The position numbers and the translations under genes were made by a program. Below are positions 40,951 through 50,243 of a stretch of 64,000 nt of DNA, one piece after another. The DNA is from Nitrospirota bacterium (lineage in GTDB: Bacteria > Nitrospirota > UBA9217): the NCBI GenBank assembly GCA_963796285.1, contig CAWCKW010000012.1:928001-992000 (forward strand). Reading direction: 5' to 3'. The stretch's first letter is position 1; every line of letters starts with the position of its first letter. The notes under the pieces are model-generated. The model was not told the origin of the DNA, ran no database searches, and was given only the letters and a program-made list of their open reading frames with translations.

Positions 40951-42205
40951 ATTTCCTAATCTGTCCATTCCCATACACGATGAACTTGGTGGAGGTAAGT
41001 TCTTCCAGTCCCATGGGGCCGCGCGCATGGATCCTTGTGGTGGAAATTCCGATCTCCGCCCCCAGACCGAACTCAAATCCGTCATTCAGCCGCGTGGACG
41101 CGTTCACGAACACCGCTGATGCGTCAACCTCGCGCTGGAACCGGTGGGCGTTCCGGTAATCGTTCGTTACAATGGCCTCGGAATGCTGGGAGCCGTGGGC
41201 CGCAATATGCTCCATGGCCTCTTCCATGCTTCCGACGGTCTTCACGTTCACGATAAGATCGTTGTACTCCGTGTCCCAGTCCTTGTCCGTCGCTTCTTTG
41301 ATGTCGGGAACGATAGCCCTGGTCTTTGCGCAGCCGCGTATCTCGACGCCGGCCTTCTTCATTCTGGTGAGGATCGCGGGCAGGAACGTCCTTGCCACGT
41401 CCTGGTGCACCAGCATGGCCTCCATGGCATTGCACGTGCCCGGCCGCTGGACCTTGGCGTTGAAGCAGATCTCCTCCGCCATCGCGAGGTCGGCCTTGCT
41501 GTCCACATATACATGGCAGACTCCCTTGTCGTGCTTGATCACCGGGATGGTAGAGTTCTCCGACACCATCCGGATCAGCCCTTCCCCTCCGCGCGGGATG
41601 ATGAGGTCGATAATACCGTTCAGTTTCAGCATCTCCATGACGCAGGCCCGGTCGGGGTTCTCGATGAACGACACCGCTCCTTCGGGGATGCCTGCCTCTG
41701 CTCCAGCCCGTGCGAGCACTTCAACGATGGCGGTATTGGAATAAACTGCCTCTGAACCGCCGCGAAGAATTACGCCGTTGCCGGATTTCAGGCAGAGTGC
41801 TGCGGTGTCCGCTGTCACATTCGGCCGCGATTCGTAGATAATGCCGATGAGCCCGATGGGCACACGCATCTTGCCTACTTCCATGCCGTTCGGCCTTCTC
41901 CGTATGCCAAGCACCTCGCCGACCGGATCGGGAAGCGCCGCGACCTCGCGCAGACCGTTAGCCATGCCCTGAATGCGCTCATTGTTCAAGGTCAGTCGGT
42001 CGATCATGGCCTTTGACAGGCCCTTCTGTTCGGCGGCAACAAGGTCCTTCTTGTTCTCGGCGATCAATTTCGCCGATTCTTTCTCAAGCCCTGCCGCCAT
42101 TTTGAAGAGCGCGTTGTTCTTGATCTCTGTCGGGATGTTCGCCAGCTGCCGTGATGCGGCCTTGGCCTTTTTCGCCTTATCGGAAACGTATTGTTTGATG
42201 TCCAA
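40949..42205 (-). CDS. proA: Gamma-glutamyl phosphate reductase
   Basis: IYESRPNV, IPRGG, CNAME, NASTR..DG.EFGLGAEIGIST. Confidence 0.97.
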   Translation of the reverse strand: MDIKQYVSDKAKKAKAASRQLANIPTEIKNNALFKMAAGLEKESAKLIAENKKDLVAAEQKGLSKAMIDRLTLNNERIQGMANGLREVAALPDPVGEVLGIRRRPNGMEVGKMRVPIGLIGIIYESRPNVTADTAALCLKSGNGVILRGGSEAVYSNTAIVEVLARAGAEAGIPEGAVSFIENPDRACVMEMLKLNGIIDLIIPRGGEGLIRMVSENSTIPVIKHDKGVCHVYVDSKADLAMAEEICFNAKVQRPGTCNAMEAMLVHQDVARTFLPAILTRMKKAGVEIRGCAKTRAIVPDIKEATDKDWDTEYNDLIVNVKTVGSMEEAMEHIAAHGSQHSEAIVTNDYRNAHRFQREVDASAVFVNASTRLNDGFEFGLGAEIGISTTRIHARGPMGLEELTSTKFIVYGNGQIRK

Positions 42206-42232
42206 CGATACCTCCTGCCAATAACCTGTGGA

Positions 42233-42743
42233 TTATTTTAACAGCTTCACGACACTTGCCATCAACTCGCGTTTATCTATGATCTCGCCAAAAATAATAT
42301 CTTTCACCCTGCCGTCGGCCCCGATAAAGAACGTCGTGGGGAGGAACCTGACCTGATATTTGTCGCCGGCCTTGCCGTAGCGGTCCATCAATACAACGGG
42401 TTTATCCACCTTTAATTGCGCAAGGAAGGCGCCAATGGTTTCGACATCCTCTTTAACGTCCACGATCACAACCTTGATGCCTTTGCCGGTCAGCTCATCG
42501 ACAAGCGAATTGACCAGCGGCAGTTCGTTTCTGCACCCTGTACACCAGGAGGCGAAAAAGCTCAGGATGACGCCATTCCCTTTCTCTTTTTTTGTTGCGC
42601 CCGCATGGTCGCTCAGATTAAATTCTTTACCATCAAGGTCACGTAGGGAAAAGGCTGGGGCCGTGTCATCCAGTTTGAGCGCGGCAGCAGCGGAGGATGC
42701 GAACAATAAAGAAAGGAGCAGCGTGAGGATGGTACTTGTTCAT
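42233..42743 (-). CDS. TlpA-family redoxin, frameshift in signal peptide
   Basis: FFASWCTGC, FLPTTFFI. Confidence 0.8.
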
Positions 42744-42760
42744 TTTAATTTCCTTGTGCG

Positions 42761-43903
42761 CTACAATATTACCAGATCATCCCGATGGATCACTTCGTCA
42801 TAATCCTTATGCCCGAGCACAGACTCTATTTGTGAGGTCTTAAGCCCTTTGATGCGGTCCAGATCAGCCGAAGAATACTTGACCAGACCCCTTGCAAATG
42901 CATTTCCAGAGCGATCAATACAGGTCACGCAATCACCGATTTTGAAGCTCCCCTCCACCCTTTCGATACCGCCGGGCAGCAGGCTTTTCCCCTTGTTCAT
43001 CAGTGCTTCAAGAGCGCCATCATCTACCATGACCCTGCCATTGGAGCAGACCGTGTACGCGATCCAGTGTTTCCGGCTGTCCTGTTTCTCCGGCTTTGGC
43101 AGAAAGAGCGTGCCGACCGCCGCGCCTTCGAACAATGTCTGAAGCACGCCGTTCTTCTTCCCGTTCAGGATCACCATGGGCGCGCCAAAGACGCCGACCT
43201 TTTTCGCAGTCATGAGCTTGGAACGCATGCCGCCCGTTCCCAGGGACGTATGGGCATCGCCCGCGGAGCGCTCCATCTCGGCAGTGATCTTTTCAACAAA
43301 CGGGATCAGTTCCGCGGACGAGTCGATCTTGGGGTCGGCAGTGTAGAGGCCGTCAATGTCCGACAGAATAATCAGCAGGTCCGCATCGGTGAGATGCACG
43401 ACCATGCTGGAAAGATTGTCATTGTCACCGAACTTGATCTCATCCACTGAGACCGTATCGTTCTCGTTGATGATAGGGATGACACCGTAACCTAAAAGCG
43501 TCTGGAGCGTGTTCCGGGCATTGAGAAATCTTGTCCGGTTCGAGAGGTCTTCACGCGTGAGCAGCACCTGCGCGACCTTTTTCCCGTGCATGCCGAAGGT
43601 CTTTTCATACATCCACATGAGGCCGGACTGGCCGATGGCAGCCGCTGCCTGCTTGAGTGAAAGCGGCATGCTCTTTGTTTTCTTCAGTCCCAGCTTCGCC
43701 AGGCCGGCCGCGATCGCGCCTGATGACACCAGGACCACTTCGCGTCCCTGCCCCATGATGGAGGAGATGTCCGACGCAAGCCGCTCGATGCGGTCCTGGT
43801 CGAGTCCCTGTTCGGACGAGGTCAGTACCGCGCTGCCGACCTTGATAACGATCCTGCGGGATTTGGAGAAGATGGTTTTTCTGTTGATTGGATTATTTTT
43901 CAT
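42761..43903 (-). CDS. proB: Glutamate 5-kinase with PUA domain
   Basis: IKVGS, INENDTV, FGDND, GTGGM. Confidence 0.97.
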   Translation of the reverse strand: MKNNPINRKTIFSKSRRIVIKVGSAVLTSSEQGLDQDRIERLASDISSIMGQGREVVLVSSGAIAAGLAKLGLKKTKSMPLSLKQAAAAIGQSGLMWMYEKTFGMHGKKVAQVLLTREDLSNRTRFLNARNTLQTLLGYGVIPIINENDTVSVDEIKFGDNDNLSSMVVHLTDADLLIILSDIDGLYTADPKIDSSAELIPFVEKITAEMERSAGDAHTSLGTGGMRSKLMTAKKVGVFGAPMVILNGKKNGVLQTLFEGAAVGTLFLPKPEKQDSRKHWIAYTVCSNGRVMVDDGALEALMNKGKSLLPGGIERVEGSFKIGDCVTCIDRSGNAFARGLVKYSSADLDRIKGLKTSQIESVLGHKDYDEVIHRDDLVIL

Positions 43904-43914
43904 CTGTCTGCTAC

Positions 43915-45000
43915 CTACGCAGGCTGAAGCCTGCGGCTACCATCAAACTCCTGACTCCTGACTTGCCGTGCTTTCTGTCTTCTGACTTCCTCTGCTTCCC
44001 TCTCCTCTTCCACCCGGTCCGACAAAAATCTGAGAAGCGGCTCCAGCCCGGCACCGCTCACGGCCGAGATGGGAAAGAACGGATGTCCGTTCTCGCGGCA
44101 GTAGGCTGTCAGTGAATCCAGCATACCCTGATCAGCGGCGTCAATCTTGGTCGCTGCGACAGCCATGTACTTTTTCTTCAAGGCCTCGCTGTAGAGCTCT
44201 AGCTCGATATTGATCTTTTTGAAGTTCTCGACCGGGTCGCCGGGCACGATGCCGGACACGTCAACCAGGTGAAGGAGAATGGACGTCCGCTCTACATGAC
44301 GCAGGAACTCAAAACCCAGCCCCGCCCCCTTGTGCGCGTTCTCGATCAGACCGGGGATATCGGCGACAACGAAGCTCGTCCTGCCCTCGGGCTTCACCAC
44401 GCCGAGCACCGGGGAGAGCGTGGTGAACGGGTAATCCGCGATTTTGGGTTTGGCTGCCGAGATGCGCGATATGAGCGTGGACTTGCCCGCATTCGGAAAC
44501 CCCACGAGCCCGACATCGGCAAGGAGCTTGAGCTCAAGGAACAACCACTGTTCTTCCCCCTCTTCACCCGGCTGAGCGTGCCGGGGCGCCTGGTTCGTGG
44601 CTGTTTTGAAAAAGGTGTTCCCCTTGCCGCCCCTGCCGCCCTTGGCAATGATGTAGTACATGCCATCCGTGTCGAGATCAACGATCATGGCACGGGTCTC
44701 TGCATCGTTCACGATCGTACCCACGGGCACGCGGACAATGACATCTTCTGCATCGGCGCCGTACTGGTCCTTGCCGCGGCCGTGCTCGCCATCCTTGGCG
44801 CGATACTGCTGCTGGTACTTGAGGTCGATGAGCGTACCAAGCTGTTTGTCGGCCTTGATGATCACATCGCCGCCCTTGCCGCCGTTTCCCCCGTTCGGTC
44901 CGCCGCGCGGAACATAGGCCTCGCGCCGGAAACTCACGCAGCCCGGTCCACCGTGGCCCGCTATTACTTCGATCTTGACCCGATCAATAAAATTCGACAT
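43915..45000 (-). CDS. obgE: GTPase ObgE
   Basis: Gly-rich Obg fold, GFPNAGKS, YPFTT, DIPG, TKID. Confidence 0.97.
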   Translation of the reverse strand: MSNFIDRVKIEVIAGHGGPGCVSFRREAYVPRGGPNGGNGGKGGDVIIKADKQLGTLIDLKYQQQYRAKDGEHGRGKDQYGADAEDVIVRVPVGTIVNDAETRAMIVDLDTDGMYYIIAKGGRGGKGNTFFKTATNQAPRHAQPGEEGEEQWLFLELKLLADVGLVGFPNAGKSTLISRISAAKPKIADYPFTTLSPVLGVVKPEGRTSFVVADIPGLIENAHKGAGLGFEFLRHVERTSILLHLVDVSGIVPGDPVENFKKINIELELYSEALKKKYMAVAATKIDAADQGMLDSLTAYCRENGHPFFPISAVSGAGLEPLLRFLSDRVEEEREAEEVRRQKARQVRSQEFDGSRRLQPA

Positions 45001-45280
45001 TCTCTTTTTTTAATCCCCCTTGCTCGCCTTCTCCGGACCTTAAAGGGAGATTTGAACAATGATTTCAATGAAATATACCGTTATAACGCCTAAAATGCAA
45101 GCCGGAACCGTCAACCCTTGGATATTCGTCAAGACGCGAATGTAGCGAAATAAACCATGTGGAACTTCAATTACAAGCAAAATAACCTTCTGTTTTTTAC
45201 GTCCATTGACTGCTCATCGCATTTACGGGGCAAATTTTCTGGCCGCAAGAAACGGATTTGATCCAGAACTAACAAAATAA

Positions 45281-45315
45281 AAAATGGCGGCATAGACATC
45301 TATGCCGCCATCATA
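45281..45315 (-). terminator. Terminator after rpmA
   Basis: ATGGCGGCATAGA..TCTATGCCGCCAT hairpin, T tract on minus strand. Confidence 0.7.
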
Positions 45316-45336
45316 AAAATCCTTTGCGTGAGACGT

Positions 45337-45600
45337 TTACGCCTCTGCTGCTGCGTACACGCTCACCTGCTTGCGGGTCTTGTCATAGCGCTCGAACTTC
45401 ACCACGCCGTTGATCTTGGCAAAGAGCGTATCATCGCAGCCCTTGCCCACGTTCTGGCCCGGGTGAACCTTGGTCCCGCGCTGACGCATAATGATCGTTC
45501 CCGCGAGAACTGTTTCTCCGTCATACCTCTTTACACCGAGGTACTGCGGTTTGCTGTCTCTTCCGTTCCTTGAACTACCAACGCCTTTTTTATGAGCCAT
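45337..45600 (-). CDS. rpmA: 50S ribosomal protein L27
   Basis: [16 protein letters not shown]. Confidence 0.98.
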   Translation of the reverse strand: MAHKKGVGSSRNGRDSKPQYLGVKRYDGETVLAGTIIMRQRGTKVHPGQNVGKGCDDTLFAKINGVVKFERYDKTRKQVSVYAAAEA

Positions 45601-45628
45601 GACTCAACCTCCGAAATATATTTATCGC

Positions 45629-45940
45629 TTATTGCGTAATTTCTTTTACCTTGATCGCCGTATAATTCTGACGATGACCGTTGGTCTTGCGGTAACCCTT
45701 GCGCCTCCGGTGCTTGAAAATGAGAAGCTTTTCGCCCCTGCCCTGCTCCACGACCTCGGCCGTGATCTTTGCGGATGCGAGCATGGGCTTGCCCACTGAT
45801 ATCGTATCTCCGTCGACGATCATGTACACATCCTTGATCTCGACCATATCGCCTTTTTGACCTTCAAGGCTCTCAACCCTGACGATATCGCCAGGAGCAA
45901 CCTTATACTGTTTTCCGCCGGTATTGATAACTGCGTACAT
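45629..45940 (-). CDS. rplU: 50S ribosomal protein L21
   Basis: MYAVINTGGKQYKV, GHRQ.YT. Confidence 0.98.
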   Translation of the reverse strand: MYAVINTGGKQYKVAPGDIVRVESLEGQKGDMVEIKDVYMIVDGDTISVGKPMLASAKITAEVVEQGRGEKLLIFKHRRRKGYRKTNGHRQNYTAIKVKEITQ

Positions 45941-46122
45941 GCCACTTCCTCCTTGAACTAGCAGATTCACTCGTATCGAGAGCGCATAAAATACCACGTA
46001 ACTTATGGACTTGTCAAGGGAAATAACAGATTATTTTTGAAAAAAACCGCCCTTTGGGCTTGATTTGACATATACTTCAACCGCCTGCTACAATTTGGGG
46101 AGAAAGAAGGACCGATTTCTCC

Positions 46123-46977
46123 ATGGCATACTATGAATTCACCATCAAAATATCGGACACCTTCAAGGACACGCTCATCCAGAGGCTGTCTGAAAGCGGA
46201 TGTCTCGGCATGATAGAGAACGACGAGTCCCTCGTAGCCTATTTCCCGTCAGCCCTTGATGTCGAAACCATAAAATGCGACCTCTCGCTCCTCAAAACGC
46301 TGCTTGAAAAAGCGGGACACGCCCATGAACTGACCTACGATTACTCCATCATTCCCGAAAAGGACTGGAATGAAACATGGAAAAAAGGGTTCCAACCCGT
46401 TGATGCGGGCGAGCGGTTCACCATCCTTCCTCCCTGGGAAGAAAAAAGAAAGGACCGGACCAACCTGGTCATAGACCCCGGTATGGCCTTCGGCACCGGT
46501 CACCACGAGACCACGCGGTCCTGCCTTGTGCTCATGGAAAACTATGCGCCAAAGACCGCACGGGAGAGCTTGCTCGACCTCGGAACGGGTACAGGCATCC
46601 TTGCCATTGCCGCGAGGAAACTCGGATACCGCCATGTCATCGGAATTGATACGGACACCCTTGCCATTGATGCGGCACGGAACAACGTCATCATCAACCA
46701 GGTCCCGGACGTGGAGATCAAGGAAGGGAGCCTTTACGAACTTCAACAGACCTTCGAGGTCATCGCGGCGAACCTCATATCCGGGGTCCTGGTCCTGCTT
46801 GCACCGGCGCTGTTTGCACATATGCGTCCCGGCGGTATTGCTATACTCTCGGGCATCCTCTTCGGGCAGGAAGACGAAGTGATCAAGGCAATGGAACAGG
46901 CGGGCTTGACGTTGCGGGAACAATACCGCGACGGTAAATGGCTGTCACTTGTCATGGGACGAAATAACAACGTCTGA
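46123..46977 (+). CDS. prmA: Ribosomal protein L11 methyltransferase
   Basis: IDPGMAFGTGHHETT, DLGTGTGIL, ILSGIL. Confidence 0.93.
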   Translation: MAYYEFTIKISDTFKDTLIQRLSESGCLGMIENDESLVAYFPSALDVETIKCDLSLLKTLLEKAGHAHELTYDYSIIPEKDWNETWKKGFQPVDAGERFTILPPWEEKRKDRTNLVIDPGMAFGTGHHETTRSCLVLMENYAPKTARESLLDLGTGTGILAIAARKLGYRHVIGIDTDTLAIDAARNNVIINQVPDVEIKEGSLYELQQTFEVIAANLISGVLVLLAPALFAHMRPGGIAILSGILFGQEDEVIKAMEQAGLTLREQYRDGKWLSLVMGRNNNV

Positions 46978-47089
46978 ATTATATAATATTCCATTACTAA
47001 CCGTTCTGTTCGCAGTACCTCTTTTTATGCCGATCAACGCTGGCGGAATACAGTGTACAATCACAGCTCGTTTGATTATAATCACGGCC

Positions 47090-48022
47090 ATGAAAAACAT
47101 ATCGATACTCATATTCAGTTACCTACTCATATGCCTTCTCGGAATGTTCGCGTTTGTCCCCGCGCCGGTCTCTGCCACGCCGGACTACGCGCGCCAGACA
47201 GGGTTCGAATGCAAACAGTGCCACGTCGATGTCATCGGCGGCGGTACGCTTACCCAGCAGGGCAAGGAATTTCTTGCCGATATGAAGTCCAAGGGACTTT
47301 ACCGGCCCTTGAACACGACCCAGCGTATCGTACGTCTTATGATTGGCTACCTCCATATGATGGCGGCCATCATGTGGTTCGGAACGATCATGTACGTCCA
47401 TATCCTTTTGAAACCTGCCTATGCCTCGAAGGGCCTGCCCAAGGGCGAACTCAGGCTCGGCTGGCTCGCGATGATCGTGCTGCTGATAACCGGATCGCTC
47501 CTGACCATTGCAAGGATAGCGTCATGGGACATGTTCTTCACTACGCGGTTCGGCATCCTGCTGGGCATCAAGATATGCCTGTACCTGCTCATGCTTTCGA
47601 GCGCCCTTATCGTTACGATCTATATCGGACCAAAATTGAGAAAGCAGAAGACCCTCGTCCCCGCGATGGACGACACCGGTGCCTGCACCATCGACGGCCT
47701 CTGCCAGTTTGACGGGAAAGACGGGCATCCGGCCTACGCTGCATATAAAGGCATCATCTATGATATGACCAGGAGCAAGCTCTGGAAGAACGGCTCGCAC
47801 ATGATGAAACATGCCGCGGGGAACGATCTGACGGACATCCTGAAGACCGCTCCGCATGGTGAAGACAAGATCCTGGCCATGCCCCGGGTCGGCACGCTGC
47901 TGGCAACCTCGGAAAAACCCAAGCTGCCATTCCACATGAAGCTCTTCTATTTCTTTGCTTATATGAACCTCATTCTCGTGTTCGTCATCGTATTTGTCAT
48001 CGCGCTCTGGAGGTGGTGGTAA
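47090..48022 (+). CDS. Membrane protein: c-type heme motif + TM bundle + cytochrome b5-like domain
   Basis: CKQCH; YLHMMAAIMWFG; FDGKDG.PAY.AYKG.IYDMT.S.LW.NG.H..HAAG.DLT..APHG. Confidence 0.8.
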   Translation: MKNISILIFSYLLICLLGMFAFVPAPVSATPDYARQTGFECKQCHVDVIGGGTLTQQGKEFLADMKSKGLYRPLNTTQRIVRLMIGYLHMMAAIMWFGTIMYVHILLKPAYASKGLPKGELRLGWLAMIVLLITGSLLTIARIASWDMFFTTRFGILLGIKICLYLLMLSSALIVTIYIGPKLRKQKTLVPAMDDTGACTIDGLCQFDGKDGHPAYAAYKGIIYDMTRSKLWKNGSHMMKHAAGNDLTDILKTAPHGEDKILAMPRVGTLLATSEKPKLPFHMKLFYFFAYMNLILVFVIVFVIALWRWW

Positions 48023-48179
48023 AAACCCCTACCGCATCTCGCTCGAGATGCTTTCGGACAAGCCTGAACTAAAAGATCGAAGCTAAAAGGCGTCTCACGC
48101 AAAGCCGCCCTTTGCGCGCTTGGCGCCTTTGCGCGATAACTTTTCTTCCGTTTTGCGTAGAATTTACCTGAGTATCCCG

Positions 48180-48222
48180 TATGACACAGGTCATAGCATC
48201 TTCATCGCAGCCATGCTATTGT
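48180..48222 (+). promoter_or_regulatory. CRP/FNR-family-like palindrome plus extended -10
   Basis: TATGAC-acag-GTCATA centred 41.5 bp upstream of the start predicted from TGcTATTGT. Confidence 0.4.
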
Positions 48223-48318
48223 AAGCTATAATAAGAGAAACGAATCTGTGAAATTGAAGGATTTATAGATAATGTTGAACCATGAACTGAGAATTTCAAA
48301 CGTACAACGGAGGATACC

Positions 48319-48633
48319 ATGGAAGTGCTCGACTTAAAGAAACTGATCCAGTTCAAACCCGACCGCATCTCACGCGAGATGCTTTCAGACAAGCCGGAGA
48401 TGCGCGTTGCCCTCATGTGCCTTGAAGCAGGCCAGAAGCTTGATCCCCATAAGGCGCCGCTTCGGCTCATGATGTATTGCGTGCAGGGCAAAGGGACCTT
48501 TACCGTAGGCGACGAGAAGATGGAGGCCGATGAGAAGACCTGCATCCTGTGCGAGCCCAACGTACAGCACGGCTTTGCCGCTGACAAAGGTGAAAAGCTC
48601 GTGGTCATGGCGATCGTTACGCCGGTGGAGTAA
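48319..48633 (+). CDS. Cupin-domain protein
   Basis: LEAGQ.L.PH, QGKG.F.VG, PNVQHG. Confidence 0.85.
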   Translation: MEVLDLKKLIQFKPDRISREMLSDKPEMRVALMCLEAGQKLDPHKAPLRLMMYCVQGKGTFTVGDEKMEADEKTCILCEPNVQHGFAADKGEKLVVMAIVTPVE

Positions 48634-48697
48634 ACGCTCGGAATGCCTGGGATCGCCTGAAGATAAACGCGATACGAACATACGATGAGTCACAATG

Positions 48698-48733
48698 AAA
48701 AGGCCCCTGTTTTATACAGGGGCCTTTGTTTTT
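48698..48733. terminator. Bidirectional terminator
   Basis: AAAAGGCCCCTGT-loop-ACAGGGGCCTTT between convergent genes. Confidence 0.7.
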
Positions 48734-48748
48734 CAACAGTTCTAGGAA

Positions 48749-49156
48749 CTAAATCTGTTTCATCTCTTTGCCGCAGCCGCATTTGCCCGGTTTGTCGGAA
48801 ATTGCGCCGCATTGGCAATCAGCCCCGCATGCGCAGACGTACTTGCCTTTCAAGCTGACCGTTTTCACCGGCTTGCCGCACCCGCATTTGCTCGGGTCGT
48901 CCTTGCTCCGCTCGCAGGTGCAATCCGCACCGCACCGGCAGAACACGGCCGTGTCCTTTTCAATAGCGAGAAGATGCATGGGGACCAACGCATTGCCGCA
49001 TTTGCACTTGCCGGGCTCCTTGGATATCGTGTCGCACTTGCAATCATCCTTGCAATTGCAGACATAATAGACCTTGCTCTTATCCGCTGCCACGACCAAG
49101 CCTATCGTGACAACAAGGAATACAACGACGAATACAGCGATAAATGCTCTCTTCAT
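48749..49156 (-). CDS. Exported Cys-rich metallothionein-like protein
   Basis: Signal peptide, SD GGAG, three CxCx3CxCx9CxCG repeats. Confidence 0.75.
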   Translation of the reverse strand: MKRAFIAVFVVVFLVVTIGLVVAADKSKVYYVCNCKDDCKCDTISKEPGKCKCGNALVPMHLLAIEKDTAVFCRCGADCTCERSKDDPSKCGCGKPVKTVSLKGKYVCACGADCQCGAISDKPGKCGCGKEMKQI

Positions 49157-49310
49157 GGTGTCTCTCCTTTCAGATTATGGAATTTATATAAAAAAAGATA
49201 GCAAACGATTGGCATAAAGTCAAATCGCGCTTGCGGCCGTGTTTAGTGCATCTTTATGACACATTGTATGTATATCGGCGCATTGATATGAATAGGCAGG
49301 ACTTTTCTAC

Positions 49311-49769
49311 ACCGTTGCCCATGCCATCTTCAACTTTGTGGGCGCGGGCTTGTGGGGCCTGGTCCATACCCTTCCGCAAATGAACCAGTGGACCCACGGT
49401 ACCCAGATCACCGCGGCCCACGGCCACCTGGCTTTCTATGGCGCGTATGTGCTTCTGGTGATCGCCATGATCTATGTGACCCTGCCCGCTATCCGCGGCA
49501 TCAAGGAGTTTGATCCCGGCAGGGCGTACCTGGCGTTCTGGTGGATGACGATCTCGATGGTGTTCATCACCATGACCCTCACCGGCGCCGGCATGGTCCA
49601 GGTCTACATGGAACGTCTCATGGGTCTGGACTACGAGGCGGTGAAGGCGAGCTACAACATCTGGTTCTGGGTCTTCCGCGCGATCTTCGGCGTCGGGTTC
49701 CTTGTCGGGGTCGGCATCTTCGTGGTGGATTATTTCACGCTTAGGGAAAGGGCGGCGGTTAAGGCCTGA
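49311..49769 (+). pseudogene. norB: Nitric oxide reductase large subunit, 3' fragment only
   Basis: GAGLWG..HTLPQMNQWTHGTQITAAHGHLAFYGAY; N-terminal two-thirds absent. Confidence 0.8.
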
Positions 49770-49870
49770 CAAGAAAACAGGAATAGTTGAAGTTAATCTG
49801 ATACGAGGACGGCAATCTGCCGTCCTCTTTTTTTATTTATACCATGACTGTACCGGGATAGCCGAATCCA

Positions 49871-50040
49871 TTAAAAATCCAACGGGCTGGCAACTTCCTG
49901 TCCGGCGGCGGATACTTTACCCGGAAATCAAGGTAATACTTGAGCCATTTCCGATACTCGTCTTGCAACGAAGATGAAACTGCCTTCTGTGCCAAAACTA
50001 CGTTAAATTGCGTCAGAATATCTTCTGGAATGGGCTGCAT
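49871..50040 (-). pseudogene. intI: Integron integrase with large internal deletion
   Basis: N-terminus ..YRKWLKYYLDF.. joined out of frame to QEVASPLDF*, the typical IntI C-terminus. Confidence 0.7.
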
Positions 50041-50199
50041 GCAGTTCTCCTCAAATCAGAGAATACCGTTTTTGCATATTAGTCCCGATAATATAACTTG
50101 CCGTCATTTTGCATATTAGTCTTTTTGCGCAAGCATAGCGATTCCAAGAGGTTACGTCAAGTTTTTTCTTAAATTCATTGACCGGTTTGTCCTTTCTAT

Positions 50200-50236
50200 G
50201 CTACTGTATCCCGAAAGACTAATTACTTGTTAAGGT
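50200..50236 (+). mobile_element. Candidate attI site
   Basis: GTT core at 50229 immediately before the first cassette ORF, divergent from the intI remnant. Confidence 0.35.
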
Positions 50237-50243
50237 ACAAAAG

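Noticed and set aside
41144-45093. Long + strand ORFs opposite proA, proB and obgE
   Set aside because: Antisense shadows of GC-rich housekeeping genes
3154-49769. nosL plus norB as evidence of a denitrification cluster
   Set aside because: No nosZ, nir or norC in the window; norB is a fragment and NosL-like proteins occur outside nos clusters
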